DNA of 64,000 nt. It comes from Sphingobium sp. GTDB taxonomy: Bacteria > Pseudomonadota > Alphaproteobacteria > Sphingomonadales > Sphingomonadaceae. A program made the translations under genes and the position numbers. The stretch's first letter is position 1. Each line of letters opens with the position of its first letter. This document shows positions 28,123 to 37,188 of the stretch, one piece after another. A model generated the notes under the pieces. The model was not told the origin of the DNA and did no database searches. It was given only the letters and a program-made list of their open reading frames with translations. Location of the stretch: positions 7,518 to 71,517 of the forward strand of contig NZ_JARYGI010000015.1 in the NCBI RefSeq assembly GCF_033795625.1, written 5' to 3'.

Positions 28123-28581
28123 TCACTGGCTGAGGCCGCCTGTGGAGCCGAAACCTCCCGAGCCGCGCACCGTATCGCCAAGTTCTTCGACTTCGGCGAA
28201 ACGGGCCTGCTGCACAGGCGCGGCGACGAGTTGCGCGATGCGGTCGCCCCTGCGGATCGGGAAAGGCGTGTCGCCATGGTTGATCATGATGATCTTCAGT
28301 TCGCCCCGATAGTCGCTGTCGATCGTGCCAGGCGTATTGGGCACGGTGACGCCATGTTTCAGTGCGAGGCCGGAACGTGGGCGGACCTGCACCTCATAAC
28401 CGTGCGGGATGGCCATGGCGAAGCCGGTGGCGACCGCATGGCGCGCGCCGGGGGCAAGGTCGAGTTCCTCTGCGGCCACTACATCCATGCCTGCCGCGCC
28501 TGTTGTAGCATAGCTCGGATGAGGCAGGCCCGCGCCATGGGGCAGGCGCTTGAGGGCGATTTCAATCGGCGGCAAGGACAT
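28123..28581 (-). CDS. dut: dUTP diphosphatase
   Basis: '[11 protein letters not shown]', '[10 protein letters not shown]', '[12 protein letters not shown]', C-terminal '[10 protein letters not shown]'. Confidence 0.95.
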   Translation of the reverse strand: MSLPPIEIALKRLPHGAGLPHPSYATTGAAGMDVVAAEELDLAPGARHAVATGFAMAIPHGYEVQVRPRSGLALKHGVTVPNTPGTIDSDYRGELKIIMINHGDTPFPIRRGDRIAQLVAAPVQQARFAEVEELGDTVRGSGGFGSTGGLSQ

Positions 28582-29788
28582 TGACGGCTTTCTCGATCAG
28601 ACGGTGAGCGACGGCATCCTTGGGCAGGCGATCCCATGTCTCGATGCCCTGGGCGGTTACGACCTGCACGGCATTGGCTTCGCCCCCCATCACGTCGCCC
28701 GATACATCGTTGGCGACGATCCAGTCCGCGCCTTTACGCGCCAGCTTCGCCTGCGCATGTTCGGCGATCCTCTCCGTCTCGGCGGCGAAGCCGACAAGCA
28801 GGCGAGGGCGCTCCGGATGCTTGCCGAGCGCCGCCAAAATGTCGGGATTTTCGACCAAAGCGAGCGGCGCGGGCGTTGCACCCGACTTCTTGATCTTCTG
28901 GACAGCTTCGGCATCGGTCCGCCAGTCGGCAACGGCCGCCACCATGAAGGCAATGTCGGCGGGCAGCGCCGCTTCCACCGCGGCGGACATCTCGCGCGCG
29001 GTTTCCACATCGATTCGAGTGACGCCTCGCGGGGTGGGCAGTGCGACAGGCCCGCTCACCAGCGTCACCCGCGCACCCGCATCGGCGGCGGCGCGGGCGA
29101 TGGCGAAGCCCTGCTTGCCCGAGGAGCGATTGGCTATGTAGCGCACAGGATCGATCGGTTCATGCGTCGGTCCCGCAGTGACGAGGACGTGCCTGCCTGC
29201 CAGCGATCCGCCTGGGGGGAAAGAGAGCCCTTCGACAGGCTCAGGGCGAACGGCGAGCAAGTGCCGGATCTCGGCCGCCACCACTTCAGGCTCCGGTAAA
29301 CGGCCCTTGCCCCATTCGCCACAGGCCATGCCGCCGCTGTCGGGTTCCATGACATGGATGCCGTCCGCCCGAAGTTGCGTGAGGTTCCGCTGAGTCGCGA
29401 CATGATGCCACATGCGCACGTTCATCGCGGGCACCGCCAGCACCGGCTTGTCGGTCGCGAGCAGGATCGTGGTGGCAAGGTCGTCGGCGATCCCCGCCGC
29501 CATCTTGGCCATGATGTTGGTCGTGGCGGGGCAGACTACGATCAGGTCCGCTTCGCGGCTTAACTGGATATGGCCGATCTCGCTCTCTTCCTTGAGGTCG
29601 AACATGTTACCGTAGACATGATCTTCGGTAAGCACTCCGAGCGAGAGCGGTGTGACGAATTCCTTCGCGCTCTCCGTCATCACGGCCCGCACCGCGATGG
29701 TCTCCCTCCGGAGCAGCCGCACCAGCTCCAGCGCCTTGTACGCCGCGATGCCGCCACTGACGATCAGGAGGATGCGCTTGCCGCTCAT
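28562..29788 (-). CDS. coaBC: Bifunctional phosphopantothenoylcysteine decarboxylase / phosphopantothenate-cysteine ligase
   Basis: Start at the ATG at 29788. '[23 protein letters not shown]', 'PAMNVRMW', '[25 protein letters not shown]'. Its ATG overlaps the ubiB stop (ATGA). Confidence 0.93.
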   Translation of the reverse strand: MSGKRILLIVSGGIAAYKALELVRLLRRETIAVRAVMTESAKEFVTPLSLGVLTEDHVYGNMFDLKEESEIGHIQLSREADLIVVCPATTNIMAKMAAGIADDLATTILLATDKPVLAVPAMNVRMWHHVATQRNLTQLRADGIHVMEPDSGGMACGEWGKGRLPEPEVVAAEIRHLLAVRPEPVEGLSFPPGGSLAGRHVLVTAGPTHEPIDPVRYIANRSSGKQGFAIARAAADAGARVTLVSGPVALPTPRGVTRIDVETAREMSAAVEAALPADIAFMVAAVADWRTDAEAVQKIKKSGATPAPLALVENPDILAALGKHPERPRLLVGFAAETERIAEHAQAKLARKGADWIVANDVSGDVMGGEANAVQVVTAQGIETWDRLPKDAVAHRLIEKAVNVLAAD

Positions 29789-31332
29789 GCGACCGTCATT
29801 AGCAGCACGGCGCCCGCTGCTCCAGCCACGGTCGCCAGCAGCGCCACGGTCGCATATTTCCAGCCAGCGCCGACGCCGATCAGCCTCACGGTCGGCAAGG
29901 GCGGCGGCGGCGGGGCTGCGCCGCGGGCGGGATAGCGCTCCTCGATACGGCGAACGAGATCGGGCAGGCGCTGCAAGGTCCGCCAGTTCTCGATGAGTGC
30001 ATCGGCTGCCTTGGCTTCCGGGCCAAGCTCCGAGCGCAGCCATTCCTTCACATAGGGGCCGCTCGTTTCCCACATGTTGATGTCGGGATCGAGTGCGGTG
30101 GCCACGCCTTCCACCATCACCATCGTCTTTTGCAGAAGCAGCAGATGCGGCTGCGTCTGCATGTCGAAATCGCGGGTGATGGCGAACAGCCCATCCAGCA
30201 TGCCGCCGACCGAAAGCTCGCGCGCTGGCTTGCCGCGCATAGGTTCGCCCACGGCGCGCAACGCGGTTGCGAACTCGGCGACGTCATGATGCGCGGGCAC
30301 ATATTGCGCCTCGAAATGGATTTCCGCGACCCGGCGGTAATTGCCGGTGATCAGCCCGTAGAGGATCTCCGCAAGCCACGTCCGCGCCCGCCGGTCGATG
30401 CGCCCCATGATGCCGAAGTCGATGGCGACGATATCGCCATTGGCCTTCACGAACAGATTGCCCTGGTGCATGTCGGCGTGGAAAAAGCCCTCGGCAATTG
30501 CCTGCCGCAGGAAGGCGTTGACCAGCCGGGCGGCAATTGCCTTCGTGTCATGCCCGGCAGCGACGATGGCGGCCCGGTCGGCAATCTTGATGCCGTCGAT
30601 CCATTCCATCGTCAGCACGCGGCCCGATGTTCGGTCCCAGTCGATCTGGGGAATGGTGTAGCCCGGCTCCGCCTGCATCGCTTCGGCGAGTTCGGAGGAG
30701 GAAGCGGCTTCGCGGCGCAAGTCGAGTTCGCGTGCGGTCCAGCGCTTGAAGTTGGCGATGATCAGGCGGGGGCGCAGGCGCGCGACTTCGCCGCCCAGTT
30801 GCTCCAGATGCGCAGCCGCCCATTCGTAGGTCTGGATGTCGCGGCTGAACTGATCGATGACGCCGGGGCGCAGCACCTTCACGGCGACATCGCGGCCTTC
30901 GATGGTGGTGGCGCGATGCACCTGCGCGATGGAGGCCGCACCGACCGGCACTTCATCGAACTGGCTGTAAAGCGCATCCAGCGGCCGTCCGAAGCTCTGC
31001 TCGATCTGGAGCCGGATCTGCGCGAAGGGAACGGGGGGGAGAGCGTCCTGCAACCGCAGCAAGTCGCTGGCGGCCGCCTCACCGACGAGGTCGGGGCGTG
31101 TGGCCAATGTCTGACCAAGCTTTATCGCCGCGGGGCCGATCGCCTGAAACGCATCGGCATAGCGGGGTTGCCTGGGCACGCGCGCGCCCAGCCGGGCGAG
31201 CCGCGCCAACCGCCGCACCGCGATCGGCGTCAGCGGATCGCGCTCGATGCCGCGCAATGCGCCATAGCGCGCCAGCGTCCGCCCCCATTTCAGGAGCCGC
31301 CAGAGATGCGTCGCGTGGGAAGTCACAGGCAA
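29785..31332 (-). CDS. ubiB: Ubiquinone biosynthesis regulatory kinase-like protein UbiB (ABC1/ADCK family)
   Basis: 'GPAAIKLGQTLATRPDLVG', 'GAASIAQVHRA', 'FFHADMHQGNLFV'. C-terminal TM segment. Confidence 0.9.
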   Translation of the reverse strand: MPVTSHATHLWRLLKWGRTLARYGALRGIERDPLTPIAVRRLARLARLGARVPRQPRYADAFQAIGPAAIKLGQTLATRPDLVGEAAASDLLRLQDALPPVPFAQIRLQIEQSFGRPLDALYSQFDEVPVGAASIAQVHRATTIEGRDVAVKVLRPGVIDQFSRDIQTYEWAAAHLEQLGGEVARLRPRLIIANFKRWTARELDLRREAASSSELAEAMQAEPGYTIPQIDWDRTSGRVLTMEWIDGIKIADRAAIVAAGHDTKAIAARLVNAFLRQAIAEGFFHADMHQGNLFVKANGDIVAIDFGIMGRIDRRARTWLAEILYGLITGNYRRVAEIHFEAQYVPAHHDVAEFATALRAVGEPMRGKPARELSVGGMLDGLFAITRDFDMQTQPHLLLLQKTMVMVEGVATALDPDINMWETSGPYVKEWLRSELGPEAKAADALIENWRTLQRLPDLVRRIEERYPARGAAPPPPPLPTVRLIGVGAGWKYATVALLATVAGAAGAVLLMTVA

Positions 31333-31344
31333 ATCACTGCGGAA

Positions 31345-32076
31345 CTATGCCTTCCAGCCACTATGGATCGCGACCAGCCCGCCCAGGATCGGCTCGACCT
31401 TCGTCTGGGTGAAGCCCGCCGCGCGGATCAGCCCTTCGAACTTGGCCATGTCGGGAAAGCGCCGGATCGACTCGATCAGGTACCGATAGCTCTCCTCGTC
31501 ATTGGCGAGCAGCTTCCCGAGTTTCGGCACGATATGATGCGAGTAGGCGTCATAGACATCCGCGAAGCCCGGCCACAGCGTCGTCGAAAACTCCAGGCAG
31601 AAGAAGCGCCCCCCGAACTTCAGCACGCGATGCGCTTCAGCCAGTGCCTTGTCGATATGGGTGACGTTCCGGATCCCAAAGGCGATGGTGTAGGCGTCGA
31701 ACTGTCGGTCCGGGAAATCCAGCACCTCCGCATTCTGTTCGGACCAGGCGAGGCCGGTGAGCCCCTTCTTCGCTGCCCGCTCCATGCCGACAGCCAGCAT
31801 CTCCGGGTTGATATCCGCCACGGTGACGCGCGCGCCGCGATCGTGCAGGCGAAAGGCGATGTCGCCGGTGCCGCCCGCCATGTCGAGGATCGCTTCGTCG
31901 GGCTGCGGCTTTACGCGCTTGACGAACTGGTCCTTCCACAGGCGATGCGCGCCTGCGGACATGGCATCGTTCATCAGGTCGTATTTGCCTGCGACGTTGG
32001 AAAAGACGCCCTTGACCATGCCGGTCTTCTGCGTGGCATCGACGTCGCGATAGCCAAAGGAAACTGTGTCGTTCAT
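31345..32076 (-). CDS. ubiE: Ubiquinone/menaquinone biosynthesis C-methyltransferase
   Basis: 'VFSNVAGKYDLMNDAMSAGAHRLWK', 'LDMAGGTGDIAF', 'AFGIRNVTHIDKAL'. Confidence 0.93.
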   Translation of the reverse strand: MNDTVSFGYRDVDATQKTGMVKGVFSNVAGKYDLMNDAMSAGAHRLWKDQFVKRVKPQPDEAILDMAGGTGDIAFRLHDRGARVTVADINPEMLAVGMERAAKKGLTGLAWSEQNAEVLDFPDRQFDAYTIAFGIRNVTHIDKALAEAHRVLKFGGRFFCLEFSTTLWPGFADVYDAYSHHIVPKLGKLLANDEESYRYLIESIRRFPDMAKFEGLIRAAGFTQTKVEPILGGLVAIHSGWKA

Positions 32077-32155
32077 GGCGCTGCTCTAGCTAGAGTTTGG
32101 CATCGGTTCCAGCAGAAGGTGGAAACCGCGCCTTGGCGCTCTACATTGGAGGCCC

Positions 32156-32968
32156 ATGCCCGAATTACCAGAAGTCGAAACGACCGTCGCGGGTCTTGCC
32201 CAGGTGCTGGACGGCGAGCGGCTGACATTGGTGGAGCCACGCCGCGCCGATCTGCGCTGGCCGATCCCTGTGGACCTGCGGCAGCGGCTGACCGGCGCGA
32301 CCGTGACGGCACTGTGGCGGCGCGCGAAATATGGGCTGATCGGTACGGATCGCGGCGACACGCTGATCTTCCACCTCGGCATGTCGGGGCGATGGCGCGT
32401 CGACCCCGAGAGTATCGGCACGCATGATCACCTGCTGCTGGAGACGGCGAGCGGGCGGCGGCTGGCGCTGAACGATCCGCGCCGCTTCGGATCGCTCGAT
32501 CTGGTGCGAACGGAGGCGTGGGAAGCGCATGAGCCTTTCACCCGCATGGGACCGGAGCCGCTGGGTCCCGATTTCACTGCGGCTTATCTGCGGCAGGCCC
32601 TGGCGGGGCGAACCAGCCCTATCAAAGCCGCGCTGCTCGACCAGCGAATCGTGGCGGGTCTTGGCAACATCTATGTGTGCGAAGCGCTCAACATCGCGAA
32701 GATCGCGCCCGGTACATTGAGCGGCCGGATCAGCGCTCTCCGGCTGGGGCGTCTGGTCGAGGCGATTCGTGCCGTGCTCACGTCCGCGATTGCGGCGGGC
32801 GGCTCCACATTGCGCGATTATGCCCGGCCGGACGGCGAACTTGGCTATTTTTCGAAGCAGTGGCGCGTCTATGGCCGAGAAGGGCAGCCATGCGGCTGTG
32901 GCGGCGTGGTCACACGGCGTGTGGATGGCGGGCGTTCCACCTTTTATTGCCCCGCTTGTCAGCGATAA
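32156..32968 (+). CDS. mutM: Formamidopyrimidine-DNA glycosylase
   Basis: N-terminus 'MPELPEVET', H2TH 'LLDQRIVAGLGNIYVCEAL', C-terminal zinc finger 'CGCGGVVTRRVDGGRSTFYCPACQ'. Confidence 0.95.
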   Translation: MPELPEVETTVAGLAQVLDGERLTLVEPRRADLRWPIPVDLRQRLTGATVTALWRRAKYGLIGTDRGDTLIFHLGMSGRWRVDPESIGTHDHLLLETASGRRLALNDPRRFGSLDLVRTEAWEAHEPFTRMGPEPLGPDFTAAYLRQALAGRTSPIKAALLDQRIVAGLGNIYVCEALNIAKIAPGTLSGRISALRLGRLVEAIRAVLTSAIAAGGSTLRDYARPDGELGYFSKQWRVYGREGQPCGCGGVVTRRVDGGRSTFYCPACQR

Positions 32969-33085
32969 TGCCGCTGTCGATGGTTGACGCATAGGGCGTT
33001 CCACGGTAAGGCGCGCTCCTTCACGGGCCGGCGGGCCGATTCCGCATGGCCCTTTCTTTTTTGAATATTCGGTTCGAGGACAGGC

Positions 33086-33349
33086 ATGGCAAATACGCCA
33101 CAGGCAAAGAAGCGCATTCGCCGCAACGCGGCTCGGGCATTGGTCAACGGTAATCGCGTCGGCCGCATCCGCACGCTGGTGAAGAAAGTGGAAGCCGCGC
33201 TGGCCGCTGGCGACAAGGATGCCGCCGCGACTGCGCTGCAGACCGTCCAGCCGGAACTGGCCCGTGGCGTTGCCCGCGGCGTGCTGCACAAGAACACGGC
33301 TTCGCGCAAGTTCAGCCGCCTGACGAAGCGCGTTTCAGCGCTCGGCTGA
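33086..33349 (+). CDS. rpsT: 30S ribosomal protein S20
   Basis: '[14 protein letters not shown]...'. 87 aa, basic. Confidence 0.95.
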   Translation: MANTPQAKKRIRRNAARALVNGNRVGRIRTLVKKVEAALAAGDKDAAATALQTVQPELARGVARGVLHKNTASRKFSRLTKRVSALG

Positions 33350-33371
33350 CATTCTGCTTCACGGCAATCAA

Positions 33372-33408
33372 AAGCCCGCCTGGCGCAACCAGGCGGGCTT
33401 TTTGTTTT
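33372..33408 (+). terminator. Rho-independent terminator of rpsT
   Basis: Perfect 10-bp stem 'gcccgcctgg' (33374-33383) / 'ccaggcgggc' (33389-33398), followed by 'tttttgtttt'. Confidence 0.8.
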
Positions 33409-33494
33409 GGGCCGGGCAACGGAATGGACCGGATGCGCAACAAGAGACTTTATGTCACCAGACTGTCATTTGGCTGTAACCGAGGACTAAGCAC

Positions 33495-33681
33495 GATTCG
33501 TGCTGCAAGCGTCACCACCTCCCCTACAAAAATCTAGATATTTCAACACGTTATTTTTTATATGAGGGATTGCCGCGGCTTTCCTGAGTCAACGCCTTTA
33601 TTTCAGTTTTTTGAACCGGGCTGCTCTTGATCGACTCATCCTGGGCTGTCTAAGTCTGACTTCTGAGTTCCGGACCGAATC
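33495..33681. promoter_or_regulatory. dnaA upstream region with four GANTC (CcrM-type) sites and an AT-rich tract
   Basis: GATTC 33495-33499, GAGTC 33586-33590, GACTC 33633-33637, GAATC 33677-33681. AT-rich tract about 33526-33566 ('caaaaatctagatatttcaacacgttattttttatatg'). Confidence 0.35.
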
Positions 33682-33792
33682 GGTTCCGTAATTATTGCAG
33701 CGTGACAAAATGAGTAACGGATCGGTCGGGGGCGACTTTCCGGACGGATATTTGCGCGCTGTTCTGCATGGTTTTGGCTTTGAAGGGGTGGG

Positions 33793-35226
33793 ATGACGAC
33801 ACAGGCGGAATGGATGTCGGACCTCGATAACGGTCACGGACAAATGGGCGGCCCGGCTCAGGATAGCGGCTCGACGGACTCTGCGCATCTGGAGCCCTAT
33901 TGGGCGGAGCTGCGCGCGGGTCTGCGCAGCGACATCGGCGCCCGGATGTTCGACCAGTGGCTAAAGCCCGCCCGCCTTGGCGCCTATTGTCCAATGACCG
34001 AGACACTCGACATTCTGGTCGCGTCGGAATTTTCCGCCAACTTCGTGTCCGCGCAATTCGGCGATCGGCTTCGTCTTGCGTGGCGCAGCGCGCATGCGGG
34101 TGTCCGCGATATCCGCATCGTCCGTGCGCCCGAAGCCTCCGCCTTGCGGGTTCTTGCTGTTCCGGCACCTGCCCCGGAAGCTGTTGCTGCGCCCGCCAGA
34201 GCAGCATCCTGTTTTCAGCCGCGTCACGATTTCGAAAGCTTCGTGACGGGTGAGAGCAATCAGCTCGCGTGCTCCGCCGCGCAGGCCATGGCCGCAGAGG
34301 AACAGCCGCGCTTTACGCCACTGTTCATCCATGGTGGCACTGGCCAGGGCAAGACGCACCTTCTGCATGCCATCGCCGGAGCCTATCTGGCGCATACGCC
34401 GGGCAGCACCGTCGTCTACATGTCAGCCGAGCGGTTCATGATGGAATTCGTGAATGCCATGCGCGCCAACGAAACCATGGCGTTCAAGGCGCGGCTGCGC
34501 GCGGCGCGACTGCTGCTCATCGACGATATCCAGTTTATCGCGGGTAAGGGCGCTACGCAGGAGGAGTTCCTCCACACGATCAACGAACTGGTCGAAAATG
34601 GCGCGCGCATCGTGATCAGCGCCGACCGGGCGCCGCAGCAGCTCGATGGAATCGACCCGCGCATCCTCTCACGGCTGGCCGGGGGACTGGTTGCCGACAT
34701 ACAGCCTGCGAACATCGACTTGCGGCTGGCGATTCTGGAGGCAAAGCGGCTGGTGGCGGGTGATCCGCCGGTGCCCGATGCGATCATCGACTTCCTCGCC
34801 CGCTCCGTCCGCAGCAACATTCGCGAGTTGGAAGGCGCGTTCAACAAGTTGCTGGCCTATGGACAGTTGACCGGCCGCACCATCGACATGGAATTTGCGC
34901 AGGCGATGCTCGCTGACACGGTCCGCGCTAACGCTCGCCGGATCACTGTAGATGAAATACAGAAGGCCTGCGCTGCTCACTATCGCATCGACCCTGCGGA
35001 AATGCGCTCCAAGCGCCGTGCTCGGGCCATTGCGCGTCCCCGGCAGGTTGCTATGTATCTTGCCAAGAAGATGACGCCGCGCTCCTTGCCGGAAATCGGC
35101 CGGATCTTCGGCGGGCGCGATCATTCCACGGTGATCCACGCCGTCCGGACGATCGAAGCGTTGCGCGAGTCCAATCCGGACATAGACGCCGACGTCCGTG
35201 CCTTGCTGCGGCAGCTTGAGAGCTGA
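33793..35226 (+). CDS. dnaA: Chromosomal replication initiator protein DnaA
   Basis: Walker A 'IHGGTGQGKTHLLHA', 'LLIDDIQFIAGK', sensor region, domain IV 'RPRQVAMYLAKKMTPRSLPEIGRIFGGRDHSTVIHA'. Confidence 0.97.
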   Translation: MTTQAEWMSDLDNGHGQMGGPAQDSGSTDSAHLEPYWAELRAGLRSDIGARMFDQWLKPARLGAYCPMTETLDILVASEFSANFVSAQFGDRLRLAWRSAHAGVRDIRIVRAPEASALRVLAVPAPAPEAVAAPARAASCFQPRHDFESFVTGESNQLACSAAQAMAAEEQPRFTPLFIHGGTGQGKTHLLHAIAGAYLAHTPGSTVVYMSAERFMMEFVNAMRANETMAFKARLRAARLLLIDDIQFIAGKGATQEEFLHTINELVENGARIVISADRAPQQLDGIDPRILSRLAGGLVADIQPANIDLRLAILEAKRLVAGDPPVPDAIIDFLARSVRSNIRELEGAFNKLLAYGQLTGRTIDMEFAQAMLADTVRANARRITVDEIQKACAAHYRIDPAEMRSKRRARAIARPRQVAMYLAKKMTPRSLPEIGRIFGGRDHSTVIHAVRTIEALRESNPDIDADVRALLRQLES

Positions 35227-35326
35227 AAGCAGCCCGCTGAGCGAACAAAGAAAGCCCGACGATCCTTGCAGACCGCCGGGCCAATTTCAGGTGCGCTTGG
35301 GAGCCAACACCTAGCACTATAACGTA

Positions 35327-36004
35327 TTACTTCGGTTCTGGTGCCACGGTGATCTTAACATTTTCACCGTTGCGGCCCGGGAAATCCGTGAACATCGCTT
35401 CAACGAGGTTCGGCACGAGATACGTCAACTTGTTGCTGAGCGACTGTGCCGACGCGGTGCCCTCGAACAGACGCTTGCCCGATCCAGCCTGATCGATCTT
35501 CAGCTCCAGTTGGCTGGTGTAGACCGTGTAGCTGCTGATGTCGTTATAGCCGGGTCCAAACAGGAACGGGTCGTAGAAGCCATAGCCAAATCGACGCGGG
35601 CCATAGAAGCCGGCATAGCCGCCACGGCCCCAGCCGCCCCAACCGGGACCCCAGCCACCGCCCCAACCGCCGCCAAAGCCAGTGCTCCGCACTTTCTCGC
35701 GGCCGGTATCTACGTCATATCGCATCCGCACGATCAGGTTGGCGTTGGCAGGATCCGATGCGGGGACAAAGCCCAGCTGCGCCATGCGGCTGGAAACCAG
35801 ACTTGCATATTGCGCGAACTCCAGACCTCCGGCTAACCGAGCGTCATCGGCAACTACCGCGAAGCTTTGCCCCTGCGGCGCGGGCAACTGCTGAAAGCGT
35901 GCGACATTGGCGTTGAAATTGGTGGCACATCCCGATAGCGCGACAAGCGCCAGTGCAGGCGCTGCAAGAAGGCCGACTCTGCGTAATTTGGACATTAGGT
36001 GCAT
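35327..36004 (-). CDS. DUF4136-like outer-membrane/periplasmic lipoprotein with Gly/Trp-rich insert
   Basis: Lipobox 'LVALSGC'. 'FAVVADDARLAGGLEFAQYASLVSSRMAQLGF' resembles DUF4136. Insert 'GFGGGWGGGWGPGWGGWGRGGYAGFYGPRRFGYGFYDPFLFGPGYND'. Confidence 0.6.
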   Translation of the reverse strand: MHLMSKLRRVGLLAAPALALVALSGCATNFNANVARFQQLPAPQGQSFAVVADDARLAGGLEFAQYASLVSSRMAQLGFVPASDPANANLIVRMRYDVDTGREKVRSTGFGGGWGGGWGPGWGGWGRGGYAGFYGPRRFGYGFYDPFLFGPGYNDISSYTVYTSQLELKIDQAGSGKRLFEGTASAQSLSNKLTYLVPNLVEAMFTDFPGRNGENVKITVAPEPK

Positions 36005-36133
36005 CCTGCTTCCGGCCGCTTTTCGGGCCTCTCCTTCTAGATGCGCTTTCCGATAGCAAAGCGCAACTGAACGGCGATTGAACGTCCTGACAAAACGGCT
36101 CGCCGCGAAAAGAGTTGCGCTGTGAAAAGCGGT

Positions 36134-37180
36134 TCAGCGCATCAGGCCCATGGCATCGTAGGCGGCGCGTAACGTGGGCTCCGCGGCTGCACTGGCTCGC
36201 GCCGCTCCTTTCAACAGGATCGCGTCGAGGGCTGCGTCGTCGGCCTTGAGCTGTTCGAATCGCTGCCGTATCGGGCGCAACGACTCGACCAGCACTTCCG
36301 CCAACGCCGGCTTGAAGGCACCGAAGCCCTGGCCTGCAAAACGGGCGCAAATCGAGTCGGCCTTTTCGCCCGTCAAGGCAGCGAAGATGCCCACGAGATT
36401 TGCAGCTTCCGGGCGTCCGGCCAGTTGCTCGAAGGTATCGGGCAGCGGCTCCGGGTCTGTCTTTGCCTTGCGGACTTTGCCGGAGATCGCGTCGTCATCA
36501 TCCGTAAGGTTGATGCGGCTCATGTCGGATGGGTCGGACTTCGACATCTTCGCGCTGCCGTCACGCAAGGACATGATGCGCGCAGTTTCCTTCGGGATGA
36601 TCGGCTCGGGGAGGGTGAACAGGTCCACGCCGAAGTCGGTGTTGAACTTGGTCGCCACGTCGCGAGTCAGCTCCAGATGCTGCTTCTGATCCTCGCCGAC
36701 CGGCACATGCGTTGCCTGATAGAGCAGCACGTCCGCGGCCTGCAGGACGGGGTAGACGAACAGGCCCACCGACGCGCCCTCGCGGTTCTTGCCTGCCTTG
36801 TCCTTGAACTGCGTCATGCGGTTGAGCCAGCCGATTCGCGCGGTGCCGTTCAGCAGCCAGGCAAGCTCGGCATGAGCGGGTACGCGCGCCTGATTGAACA
36901 GCACGCTGCGATCCGGGGCGATGCCCGCCGCGATCAGTGCCGCGGCCATCTCACGCACGTTCTTGAGACGCTGGGCGCGCTCCTCATGCACGGTGATCGA
37001 ATGCATGTCGGCCAAGAAGAAGAAGCATTGGCTGTCCGCGTTCTTGTCGGGCTTTGCCATGTCTGCTTTCGCTGCCATGGCGGGCATCTCATCCTGCATC
37101 TTCACCCAGTTGCGGATCGCGCCGAGATAATTGCCAAGGTGCAGATTGCCGGTGGGCTGGATGCCGGAGAGAACGCGCAT
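36134..37180 (-). CDS. trpS: Tryptophan-tRNA ligase
   Basis: Start at the ATG at 37180. 'RVLSGIQPTGNLHLGNYLGAI' (HIGH-type), 'VPVGEDQKQHLELTRD', 'KMSKS'. Confidence 0.93.
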   Translation of the reverse strand: MRVLSGIQPTGNLHLGNYLGAIRNWVKMQDEMPAMAAKADMAKPDKNADSQCFFFLADMHSITVHEERAQRLKNVREMAAALIAAGIAPDRSVLFNQARVPAHAELAWLLNGTARIGWLNRMTQFKDKAGKNREGASVGLFVYPVLQAADVLLYQATHVPVGEDQKQHLELTRDVATKFNTDFGVDLFTLPEPIIPKETARIMSLRDGSAKMSKSDPSDMSRINLTDDDDAISGKVRKAKTDPEPLPDTFEQLAGRPEAANLVGIFAALTGEKADSICARFAGQGFGAFKPALAEVLVESLRPIRQRFEQLKADDAALDAILLKGAARASAAAEPTLRAAYDAMGLMR

Positions 37181-37188
37181 GTCTTGTC

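Noticed and set aside
30130-32427. Very long (765 aa) plus-strand ORF spanning the ubiB-ubiE region.
   Set aside because: It is entirely antisense to two genes with unmistakable family motifs (UbiB, UbiE). Its translation is Arg/Ala/Gly/His-rich with no recognisable motifs. This is a typical high-GC shadow ORF.
33409-33792. oriC immediately upstream of dnaA.
   Set aside because: By eye, no 9-mer is within one mismatch of the DnaA-box consensus, and there is no CtrA box. Only an AT-rich tract and GANTC sites are present. It is kept as a regulatory-region finding, not as an origin call.
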